Virus record (IMG/VR): IMGVR_UViG_3300046804_001245
Location: 42,883 to 106,882 of that record
DNA from: a virus
Strand: one strand, 5' to 3'
DNA: 64,000 bases
Part shown: positions 18,912-27,866 of the stretch, piece after piece
How positions within the stretch are numbered: the stretch's first letter is position 1
How the letters are laid out: each line of letters begins with the position of its first letter
The notes under the pieces: generated by a model
Seen by the model: the letters and a program-made list of their open reading frames with translations, nothing else
The model's database searches: none
What the model was told of the DNA's origin: nothing
Program-made: the position numbers and the translations under genes

Positions 18912-19922
18912 TTAGAATGATTTTACAACCTGAAGAATTTTATTCTTCTCGGCGGTAATAATTGGGTCAAAACCAGAAGCAGAAGCCCACTTTGATTCTG
19001 AATTACTCTTGCGAGTAGGACGGAAATAATCAAGGCGTTCAGTAAGCGCATTGAAAGCGCCCCATTTTGTTCCCTTGATATTAGCATTGGTCGGAGAGTT
19101 ATGGTAAAGGTCATTTAGCAAAACAACCTTGTTATCCCATTTTGTCTTAGCCAATTTAGAATCAGATTCGGCAGGCTTAGGATAAATTGTTTTTACAATA
19201 TCCTGAAATTGCTTATCTGTAATTTCAGCAGCGAATAGAGATTGAGCCTCTTTTTCAAAAGCGTCGAAATAGCCAAGAGTAAGACCAAGAGTCTCACGAG
19301 CAATTTGAATCTTACCTTCCGCCGTTTGAGTGTGGCGAATCTTGAAAGATTGCTTTGATTGCTTCATCGCTAGGTTTAGCGTATTTTGGCATACGACACG
19401 AACAGGTGTAATCGCTGCCTGAACAGCAACAGAGCCGTCGTGTGATGTCCATACGATAAGATAAAGTTTAGTTTTATCGTTAGCACCTTTAGGGTCTAGC
19501 ACCATTTCACGGGGAACAGTAAGAGAACCGAATACAACTTTGCCATTCTTTAGAGAACCAGCAGATTCCCAAGCGCAGCGAGAATCGCCGTCTAGGATAT
19601 TGTCAGCGAATGAAAATAGTTCTTCATTCTGAACAACTTTATATCTAGCACCGACAGTTGAGAGAACATCTGTTCCGCCATTGAATGGGTTAGTTCTAGT
19701 CACGAGTTGTGAATTAGAAGAATCATTCCAAGATTCTGGAATGAAATCAGATACAGGTGAAAGCGAAACATTCCAATTAGAAAGTTTAGCCTCATCTAAC
19801 ATCATTTGAGTTGAAACAGATTCATCTTGTGCGAAGATTCTGTTTGCGAGATTGTGCCAAGCGGGAGTTCCACGCAAGGCGAAAGCGACTTCGTCGCCAT
19901 TTATTTCTAGGTTATGAGCCAT
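18912..19922 (-). CDS. DUF932 family (TIGR03299 phage/plasmid-like) protein
   Basis: AWH, Y.VVQN, ESAGSL, SHDGS, TPVRVVCQNTL, IRHT and GTKWGAFNALTE motifs. Confidence 0.85.
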   Translation of the reverse strand: MAHNLEINGDEVAFALRGTPAWHNLANRIFAQDESVSTQMMLDEAKLSNWNVSLSPVSDFIPESWNDSSNSQLVTRTNPFNGGTDVLSTVGARYKVVQNEELFSFADNILDGDSRCAWESAGSLKNGKVVFGSLTVPREMVLDPKGANDKTKLYLIVWTSHDGSVAVQAAITPVRVVCQNTLNLAMKQSKQSFKIRHTQTAEGKIQIARETLGLTLGYFDAFEKEAQSLFAAEITDKQFQDIVKTIYPKPAESDSKLAKTKWDNKVVLLNDLYHNSPTNANIKGTKWGAFNALTERLDYFRPTRKSNSESKWASASGFDPIITAEKNKILQVVKSF

Positions 19923-20216
19923 AGATTTATCCTTTCGATAGTTGATTAGTTCCTGAATTATACACTACGCTGCCGACATTGTAAATAGTTAGTTCCAATA
20001 TAGGGCAAATCGGACACCCTGTGAGAAAGCTCACAGGATCCAGGGGTATTTTAGACTTGACGTAACGGGGCTTCGCCCCCCACAGTTGTGCGGGCCTTCA
20101 GCTCATGTACTCGTTGATCACATCCAGCGCATTACACAATTGGCAGAAACATTCGCCATGGTCCATAACATCTTCCCAAATTAATTGCTGCAATTCGTGC
20201 ACCGCATATGGACCGC

Positions 20217-20936
20217 TCATTTTTTACTCGCAGAAAATCTTATGTCTGCTTTATTAAATACGCAGAGCCCACACGATACACAGGCTGAACCGTTAGTAGA
20301 TATTAGCGGAATTCGTTTAGCATTTTCAGGACACTTTGCGCCTACTTTGCCAGTTAATTCTTTCATGACAGTTTCTGCCACCGCAAAATTCTTAGCGAGA
20401 TACGCAAGGCGTGTGCCGTGATTAGTACGCAATTCTTTAGCAGTATCTTTATTTTCATCATCCGTCGAATAGTAAAGAGATAGATTAGCAATTCCCTTTA
20501 GAATTACGGCGGCGGAAGCGACACGGGTATAGACCCAAAATTGAACATCAGGGTGTTTCTCAATAACATTCTTCCACGCATAGGCATATGTCTCATTAAA
20601 GAAATCTCCGTCCCAGTGGATACGGAATAATTTATCGGCATTTTTCTTATCACAGTCCGCCTTGAATTCTACAATCATTTCATCTAGAAGAGAGACCATT
20701 GTTTCGATATTGGCATTGCGTATCAATTCCCAATTATGGAGCAGTACGGCTTTAACGCCTTTATACACCTTTTCTAATTTACCAGCATAGCAGACACTTT
20801 CGCAGATACTAGTTGCGCCAGGACATGAATAGGCCTTACCAGCAGGCAGGCCAAAAGTATTAGCAATCGTAGGTGTCTTCCCGTTAGGGCTAACGGCGTT
20901 AGCCACTTTTCGGTCATTAGAGCGTTTCAATTTCAT
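20217..20936 (-). CDS. Gp88-like (radical-SAM-related) protein
   Basis: FGLPAG..SCPGAT..C..VCYA, FRIHWDGDFF, WVYTR and C-terminal CP...C..C..C; leaderless start 7 nt after the -10 at 20944-20949. Confidence 0.75.
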   Translation of the reverse strand: MKLKRSNDRKVANAVSPNGKTPTIANTFGLPAGKAYSCPGATSICESVCYAGKLEKVYKGVKAVLLHNWELIRNANIETMVSLLDEMIVEFKADCDKKNADKLFRIHWDGDFFNETYAYAWKNVIEKHPDVQFWVYTRVASAAVILKGIANLSLYYSTDDENKDTAKELRTNHGTRLAYLAKNFAVAETVMKELTGKVGAKCPENAKRIPLISTNGSACVSCGLCVFNKADIRFSASKK

Positions 20937-20949
20937 ATGGGTAATTCTA

Positions 20950-21306
20950 TCACCACATACCGACAGCGAATTCGGCAACAGTATCTAGACATTCGGCGCA
21001 TGCCCAATCATCGCCATAGACTTCGTATTCTGCCTCATCGACAAAATAGGTGGCAGTACCACAGATTTCATAGTATAAACAATTTACTTTTATCATTTAG
21101 TTTCCCTTTCGTTATGCGGATATTATAACAGATTAGACTGACAATTTATCTTCGACACGCCACCTTGCGACATATTTTTCTAGGTCTGCTAGGTTATCAT
21201 CTGTGAGATAGGTGGAGATTACGCCAAAAGAATATGCGTATTCGTTATAGCCTTTTTCTTTTGCGTAGGCTAGGAGGTCATTTAGAATATCGTTTCTGTC
21301 TTTCAT
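20950..21306 (-). CDS. Two tiny genes (20950-21096 Cys-containing; 21133-21306), not in track
   Basis: Each has its own TGTCRG-N10-TATAAT promoter and GAAAGG RBS. Confidence 0.65.
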
Positions 21307-21525
21307 TTATTTTCCTTTCGATATGCCGACATTATAAACTAAACCGCCGACATTTTCCATTCCAGCTTGGGCGTGTCGCAAATTATTTTTGTGGGGAATC
21401 TCACAAAATCCAGGGGTATTTTTAAGTTGACGTAACAAGCTCGGCGCCCCCACTCTTTTGCGGGCCATTTTGGGAAGATGGGGCGGGGATCTAGATGATT
21501 ACACAGTTCAAACCCGCCCCAAGCT

Positions 21526-21783
21526 TTATGCTAAACCAATTTCTACTTTAGTTAGTTTAGTTGGCTTATATTTAGTTACTGTTTCCATTGGTAGAAACAG
21601 AGCCACAGTTTTTCTTTTCTTTAGTTTATCATAAACAAAAGCACGAACATTTCCAGAAAATTGGTTTAGATTAGAAAAAACTAATTCTGTTAGGTGTTCT
21701 TTATCTACTCCGTCATCTGAGAAAAGAGTCAAATCATTTTGTTTTACGTCATCATATATTTCGATACGATACCGATTACGCAT
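21526..21783 (-). CDS. Hypothetical protein
   Basis: 85-aa ORF with RBS. Confidence 0.65.
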   Translation of the reverse strand: MRNRYRIEIYDDVKQNDLTLFSDDGVDKEHLTELVFSNLNQFSGNVRAFVYDKLKKRKTVALFLPMETVTKYKPTKLTKVEIGLA

Positions 21784-21908
21784 TTTATTTCTTTCTGTTA
21801 GTAGGGATTTTAGTTGAGCAGTTTAGCCTTGACTTGCTCAGGTCAGGTATCTTTTCCGTTAGGAGAAGTTTAGCATGGGGGACTAGATTTTGTCTAGCCC
21901 CCAATTTG

Positions 21909-22331
21909 CTATAAGTATTTAGCGATAGAGTTGTAAGTAGATGTGGAAACTGTTTCCTCATCTGTCATCTTGAGAATACGGATAGCGTTCTCAATTTCCT
22001 CTACCATTTCCTTATATTGCCAATCATGGAAAGACTCAAAGTCTTTCTGCGGTTCAGTAGGAAGCGTGATAGTTCCTGCTGGTAATTCAAAAGAAACATA
22101 GATTTTGCCATTGTATCTGACATTGGCAGACAGTTCATCTGCCTTAGCAATTTTTTCAAGTGCTAACTTAGCAACTTCCTTGTTGTATTTCTCTTGTGCC
22201 TTTGAGAACTTTTCCTCATTGACTTTTTGATTAGCCTTATCCTTTTGGAGTTGAGCCAATTTATTTTCAAGTGCCTTGATTACTTTGGTTGTAGCAATCT
22301 TGACATTTATGGATTTACCATTTCTAGCCAT
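21909..22331 (-). CDS. Hypothetical coiled-coil protein
   Basis: Promoter 22362-22383, AACGAAAGGAA RBS, downstream hairpin 21877-21902. Confidence 0.75.
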   Translation of the reverse strand: MARNGKSINVKIATTKVIKALENKLAQLQKDKANQKVNEEKFSKAQEKYNKEVAKLALEKIAKADELSANVRYNGKIYVSFELPAGTITLPTEPQKDFESFHDWQYKEMVEEIENAIRILKMTDEETVSTSTYNSIAKYL

Positions 22332-22404
22332 TTTATTTCCTTTCGTTAGTTATGAGCAAGAATTATAGCAGGGGATACTGACATTGTATCCCCCACCTAT
22401 TTAG

Positions 22405-23439
22405 TTATTTAGCAGGTGCGCTAGTCCAGCGTTCCTTGCCATTGACATCAAGCAGAATACGATTTACACCTGAAGGGTGATTATCTACTGCTTTGATAAC
22501 GCCTGTCACGCCACTATTAGTGGTTGTGTAGGTCTGTCCGATTTCCAGAGTTGCCATTTATTTTCCTTTCGTTGTTGTGGAAGGCTATCCTAGCATAGCC
22601 CACCGACATTTTAGAGCCACGCCTCTAGGTGGTGTTGTTCTACGATAGCCCAAGCGGGTGCGGTATTGAAACCTTTATAAGTTATGCCTTCGGGCATTGG
22701 TATCTCACGATCAGTTTCGCCTTCGTTGTAAGCCTCAATAGCCTCAATACACGGCAATACCATAGATTTAGGAACGGGCGGGTAATGATTAGAAGTTAGG
22801 TGAATACCAATAGCGGTAGATAAGTCTAATTCGCCATTGGCTAATTCTGTTGCGAAGGTGCTACCCATTTAGCACCTCGTTTCTCATTGTTTCAATTTCG
22901 TCAATAGTAGCGATTAGGTCTTTTACTTGGCTTTCAGTTAGTAATACTTTAGTAGCCTTATCTACTGCGGTGCTTGCTAGCATAGAAGCATAGACGAACA
23001 AGGCTTTGGCTATTTGTTCATCATCTAATTCTTTGTAAGAGTGTGTAATAAATTGAGCGAAGCCCATAGCCTCGTCATCAAAAATAGTTTCTTCAGTTGC
23101 CTGAATAAGAGCGGTTGCGGTTGCTATCATTTATTTATTTCCTTTTCGTTTAGTGGTGGGTAGATTATACACCTACCCACCGACAATTTAGGCAAGGGCT
23201 AAAATAGCCTGCGTTGCACCTAGATTTACGGCATCTAATTCTGCCTGTAATTCCTCGGTTGTCATTTTAGTAGGGTCGCCTACTAATTCGGAGATAGCGT
23301 CACGATTAATCATCTCTACCATTTCGGTAGGCATGCGTGAGATTTGTGGATAGAAAGAGCCATTAGTATCTAGTTTAGATACAAAATTAACTCCATTAAC
23401 GGAGAACGGGAACGAAGCCCAGTTATCTGTGTTTAGCAT
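22405..23439 (-). CDS. Small hypothetical genes (22405-22557 not in track; 22611-22868; 22861-23130; 23188-23439)
   Basis: ORFs preceded by the repeated promoter and RBS. Confidence 0.7.
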
Positions 23440-23725
23440 TTTTTCCTTTCGTTTGTTTGATTAGCGCAATTATAGCGTAGGCTACTGACAAATTAGTTTT
23501 ATTCTGCCCGCCAGCTTTGTGATAAACATCACAAAAATCCAGGGGTTTTAAACTTGACTCGTAACAGGAGTTTGCCCCACTCTCCTTTGCGGGCGATTTG
23601 TTGAAAGTTCAACCAATTTAGTTGATTATTCAACAAAACGTTTTTTATGTTTTGATTTTCTTTTGTAAATTTTTTTAGACGGAATTGGTTGCGCCGCATT
23701 ACTACGGCGCAATTCCAAAACTTTT

Positions 23726-24848
23726 TTAATTCGTGGTAAATTTTGGAACACGATAATTGCTCGCTTCGTAGAATTTATTCGCATCAAATCTAGGATTATC
23801 TTTTGCGAACATCAACGCAAAATCAACAACCATTTTAGAAAAAATAGCGGGGTGAGTTTTATCTGAAACATACCGCAGAATTTCTGCGGTAGCGACATAG
23901 TCTTTACGAGTCATCACGATTTTACTCCGTCACACTCAACAACATCAAAAACATCAAATTTTGCCAAGTCTGAGTCTGGCAATTGAAATAGAATTTTGTT
24001 TAGCGCAAAAACCGCTTGTAAATCGGTTTCTGCTTCGGTAACAAAACTAATCAAGACATTTTTTTTCATTAGTCATTCTCCTTATCAAATAGAGAGCCGT
24101 CATAGTGAGATGTTGGATTACAGTCACAAGGCTCAATGTTGTAATCCTCAGCACCGCCATAGAAAAGCCAACCTTTTCCGTAGCAGGTATCGCAGTCAAA
24201 AGCGAGAGTATGAATTGTTTTCATTTTTAGTTTTCCTTTCGTGTTGTTTCGGTAATTGTAGCATTAGCCACCGACAAAATTGCCGATAGATTAGAATTGC
24301 GTTTTTCTTTTACTTCCGCTAAACGCTGGGCGATAATGAATTCTCTAAATTCTTTTAGATCCATTTTAGTTTTCCTTTCGTTTTGTTATTGGTTGAATTA
24401 TAGCGTGGGGGTCTGACATTTTCCCTAGTTAGGGAGAATGTCTGGACCATAATAAGCAACGGCGGAAACGATGTTCATCATTCCCTTATATTCATTACAG
24501 GATACGCATACGCTATTCCAGCGGTCATAAGTTTTTGAGCAGAATACGCAGATGTTATCCTGAAGGCTAAAGCCTAGATTTTCAATTTCTCTAAGTGTAG
24601 TCATTTAGTTTTCCTTTCGTAGTAAATCAGATTATAGCGGAAGCCACCGACATTTAGTCGGCAACTTTCACGGCGACAGTCGCCCATTTATTTCCGTTGA
24701 AACGGATAGCGTAGGCTTCATAGCCGTCAAGCCAAATATCCTCACGCTTTTCTGCGAAAGTAATTTCGCCGAATTGGTATTTTCTCGCAATAGAGCGAGG
24801 GTAATAAGTCTGACCTACAAGAAGGTCGGGAATTGAATAAGTTTTCAT
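23726..24848 (-). CDS. Small hypothetical genes (23726-23917, ~23914-24069, ~24070-24224, ~24429-24604, 24654-24848)
   Basis: Read manually downstream of the repeated promoter/RBS units; several are Cys-rich. Confidence 0.6.
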
Positions 24849-25267
24849 TTAGTTTTCCTTTCATTTTGTTACTCCGTGAGTTTATCAAATTGGACTGACA
24901 TTTTCAAATCGAAAATCGGTATAAATCGGACATTGTGATAATCATCACAAAAATAAATTAAAATAAATTTGACTGGTCAAACTTTTTTCGGGCGTGTCGC
25001 AGGATTTCGGGAAATCGGACATAATGGACTTAAAGGATAAATCGCCCGCACAACTGTGCGGGTTGCCGCAGCTTTTGTCAAGCCGACACGCCGTTAGGTT
25101 AGTGTGAGATACGCCACAAGAAACCCTAGCCCTATACAGAGCGACAACAGGGCGGCGGCATGGAGTAGGTGTATCATTTAGCACACCTCTCACATGGTTC
25201 TATTGTATATTCATGACGATCACCTACATAGATGACCTTTCTACCATAGCACATAGAGCATTTCATT

Positions 25268-26102
25268 TTAGACCGCCTCTTCCAATTCTGCCAAAGCCTC
25301 ATCTTCTAATTCTAGCATTTCATCTAGAGAGATTTCAATAGGGTTTATTTCTTCTTCATCATAGTATTCAACCTCATAGCCGTGTTGAATACTTTCATAT
25401 TTGTATGAGTTATCTGTTCTATCAAACGAATACATTTATTTATTCTCCTTTACTTTCTGTTCTTCCAAATCTTATACGCTACCACTGACACGATAGCAAT
25501 TCCAATTCCTAGCCATGATGCGTAGAAATCAAATTGAGCGGTTTCGAAGGCAATTCCCTCAGAGCCTAGTTCTATTAGTAAGTATCTATCCATTTTGTTT
25601 ATCTTCTTTCTCTATCTTGTATGCTGTAAGCATATCCTATGCTGCTGACAATTTCAGGGGTCAGACCCTATATTTTGTGTGAGTTACCTCACACTCTCTA
25701 TAACCTCATAACCTAATTGGTTTAGGTCATAGACCCAATACTCTGTATCACAGCATAGGGCGGTGATAGTGGTATCCTCAATATCGCTAGTGATATTGGA
25801 CAATTCATCGGAGAATTCTCCACACTCATCACAGGTGAAATTCTTTACTGTATATTCATATTTTAGTGACATATTCTTATGTCCTTTCTTTCTAATACTG
25901 ATAATCTACCAGGTGCCGCCGACAATTACAAGGGGTCGGACCCTGTGTTGCTTGTGAATTATCTCACAAGATTTAGATTTTCATCGAAGGTGAGAACCTG
26001 TCTAACCTTGTATGTCTTATCTATTGGACAAATCATGTTCCAACCTTCAGGGTCTACATGTCCGCAAGTTGGGCAAATTGGGTGAAATTTTTCGTATGTC
26101 AT
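25268..26102 (-). CDS. First island genes: tiny acidic, TM and Zn-finger proteins (~25268-25435, ~25450-25592, 25684-25872, one starting ~26102)
   Basis: Each follows a TGTCRG-N10-TAnnnT promoter. Confidence 0.55.
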
Positions 26103-26360
26103 TTTCTGACCTACCTTTCTTTTTTTCTAATACTAAAATAATAACAGGGGGGTCTGACATTTTCAAGGGGACAAATGTCTCAATTCGGACATTTGTGATG
26201 TCAATCACACGATTATCCTGTGATATAGACCACATATGGGCGCAGTATTAGGACAAATCGGACATTGTAAAACTGTGCATCATACAAAATAAAAATATAT
26301 TAACATTTTTAGAAATCTAAAATTATAGTCAACTAGAATAATAAATGCTATACTGGCTAC

Positions 26361-26537
26361 ATGGATAAAGTAGAAGATACAAGCTGCTACAGCTATAAGG
26401 TCGAAATGATCGTACAAGTTTTTGCGGAAAATGAAGAAACCGCCAGAATGCAATTAGATGATAAAGGCGGATATGTCACAACCCGCAAAGTAAAATTGAT
26501 GGACTCAGTACCTTTATACAATGGAGTAAAAAAGTAG
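26361..26537 (+). CDS. Hypothetical 58-aa protein (not in track)
   Basis: MDKVEDTSCYSYKVEMIVQVFAENEETAR...; leaderless after TGCTATACT. Confidence 0.6.
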   Translation: MDKVEDTSCYSYKVEMIVQVFAENEETARMQLDDKGGYVTTRKVKLMDSVPLYNGVKK

Positions 26538-26545
26538 TCAACTAG

Positions 26546-26561
26546 TGTTTCATGTGAAACG
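26546..26561. promoter_or_regulatory. parS-like palindrome
   Basis: TGTTTCATGTGAAACG against consensus TGTTTCACGTGAAACA; intergenic. Confidence 0.65.
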
Positions 26562-26596
26562 TAGTTAATAAACATTACATGATAAAATAATGGCAT

Positions 26597-26878
26597 ATGA
26601 AGAGTGAGAAACTCTCAGTTGCTAAAAGGAAAGCAGAACTTTATAAGTATCTGCGAAACCTTAAGGAGAACTCTCCTTGTGCTGATTGTGGATCATATTT
26701 TCCATATTATGTTATGGACTTCGACCACGTTCGTGGGCGGAAGCATAAAAATGTTATGGAACTTGTTCCAACACTGTCCAGAAAAAAGATTGATGAAGAA
26801 ATCGCAAAATGCGAGATCGTGTGTTCAAATTGTCATAGAGAACGAACTCACTTTAGAAAACAAAAGAAAGTATCTTAG
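26597..26878 (+). CDS. HNH endonuclease-like protein
   Basis: CADC...DFDHV...KCEIVCSNCHRERT. Confidence 0.85.
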   Translation: MKSEKLSVAKRKAELYKYLRNLKENSPCADCGSYFPYYVMDFDHVRGRKHKNVMELVPTLSRKKIDEEIAKCEIVCSNCHRERTHFRKQKKVS

Positions 26879-26882
26879 TCAA

Positions 26883-27377
26883 CTATAATATATCAGTAAA
26901 GTAAGTACCACCTACATAAATTTTTGAGGCGGTAGTAAGAGTAATCGGATATCCCTGATAAAACAAATGTTCAATAACTGGTTTAGGATTAGGAGTATCT
27001 CCACCTAACCAATGTAAATCTAAAGTTTGACTTCCAGGCATATGATCTGCTTGTATCTGGACATGTCCATTCAATGCATCTGGTGCTTGTGTTGGATCTG
27101 CCCAAGCCCAACCTGAAAAGTGATTTGATGAATTATTATGGGGCGGGAGCGGAAGATCTACCTTAAACTGTCCAGTTCCAAAATTAGTCACAGTAGATAG
27201 ATTAATATCTATCCAGAACGATACTAGATATCCATTCTTGACGTAATAGGAATTATAGGTGGGGTAGGTAGAATTAGCTCCAGTAAATACTAATCCAGTT
27301 GCCTGAAATACAGGACTATATCTAATAGGTGGTATATGTAAAGTTGGAGATGTAAAGCCTACTGAATTAGATAGCAC
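26883..27377 (-). CDS. Hypothetical beta-rich protein (tail-fibre C-terminal-like)
   Basis: YYVKNGYLVSFWIDI...VDLP pattern. Confidence 0.55.
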   Translation of the reverse strand: MLSNSVGFTSPTLHIPPIRYSPVFQATGLVFTGANSTYPTYNSYYVKNGYLVSFWIDINLSTVTNFGTGQFKVDLPLPPHNNSSNHFSGWAWADPTQAPDALNGHVQIQADHMPGSQTLDLHWLGGDTPNPKPVIEHLFYQGYPITLTTASKIYVGGTYFTDIL

Positions 27378-27645
27378 GTTCTATTACCATTACCGCCGCC
27401 GTCATTGTATTGGCAGAGCATACTGCATATAAATGACTATATGCGGAGAGTTCAATTGTAAATGCTTGTCCTGGAAATAATTTAAAGCCATAGCTGCTAG
27501 ATGACACAGAATCTGTGCCCAAATAAATATAGCCAGAATCATTGTTATTCTGCACAACTAAAGTATTGGCAGACTGTGTCGAATCTACAATTGTTAGCTC
27601 TGTTGGCGTAGATGTGGACAATGTAAGATTACGAGTTCTGATCAT
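27367..27645 (-). CDS. Hypothetical protein
   Basis: LVVQN...IYLG...YGFKLFPG; 92 aa. Confidence 0.65.
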   Translation of the reverse strand: MIRTRNLTLSTSTPTELTIVDSTQSANTLVVQNNNDSGYIYLGTDSVSSSSYGFKLFPGQAFTIELSAYSHLYAVCSANTMTAAVMVIERAI

Positions 27646-27734
27646 ATTGATATTATACCGCTATCTCTCTTCCGCCGAGTCACTGCATTTTGCACTTATT
27701 TTTCGCAATGCGTTGCAATTGCACTATAAAAGGA

Positions 27735-27823
27735 CAAATCCCAACCAGAGGCGGATCCGATTGGGACTTGCTACGCCGAAGCGTAAGCACGGGGAGCAAA
27801 CGGTGGGATGCTACGACCCGTAC
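27735..27823 (-). ncRNA. Candidate three-hairpin small RNA
   Basis: Stems GTACGGG/CCCGTGC, TACGC-TTCG-GCGTA and CAAGTCCCAATC/GGTTGGGATTTG; promoter-like TTGACT-N17-GATACT at 27831-27859. Confidence 0.5.
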
Positions 27824-27866
27824 AGATCTAAGTATCACATATATTATTTTTTAAGTCAACTACTTT

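Larger units (their letters stand above)
16922..26159 (-). promoter_or_regulatory. 18 PafBC/RecA-NDp-type promoters TGTC(A/G)G-N10-TAnnnT
   Basis: 22-bp sites starting at 16922, 18717, 19957, 20944, 21122, 21331, 22362, 22587, 23164, 23469, 24255, 24397, 24631, 24879, 25469, 25629, 25903 and 26138; spacer always 10 nt. Confidence 0.85.
20020..26234. promoter_or_regulatory. Nine CRP/GlxR-type boxes TGTGA-N6-TCACA
   Basis: Perfect at 20020, 23518, 24934, 25678, 25953 and 26194; one mismatch at 21390, 25103 and 26219. Confidence 0.8.

Noticed and set aside
21479-21521. Possible tRNA fragment (GTTCAAACCC)
   Set aside because: Only one GGGGCGGG/CCCGCCCC stem and no cloverleaf; more likely a terminator hairpin.
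24945-25193. Track ORF of 82 aa
   Set aside because: It runs across motif-dense regulatory DNA (CRP, GACAC and AAATCGGACA sites) and has no RBS; probably non-coding.
16922-26159. Reading TGTCRG as an ordinary -35 box
   Set aside because: The spacer to the -10 is 10 nt in all copies, not 16-18 nt.
16922-26234. CRISPR array or integron attC array
   Set aside because: Repeats are short degenerate motifs separated by whole genes; no constant repeat-spacer period, cas gene or integrase.
14100-26300. LexA SOS boxes (TCGAAC-N4-GTTCGA)
   Set aside because: None seen by eye, consistent with LexA-independent control; not exhaustively scanned.
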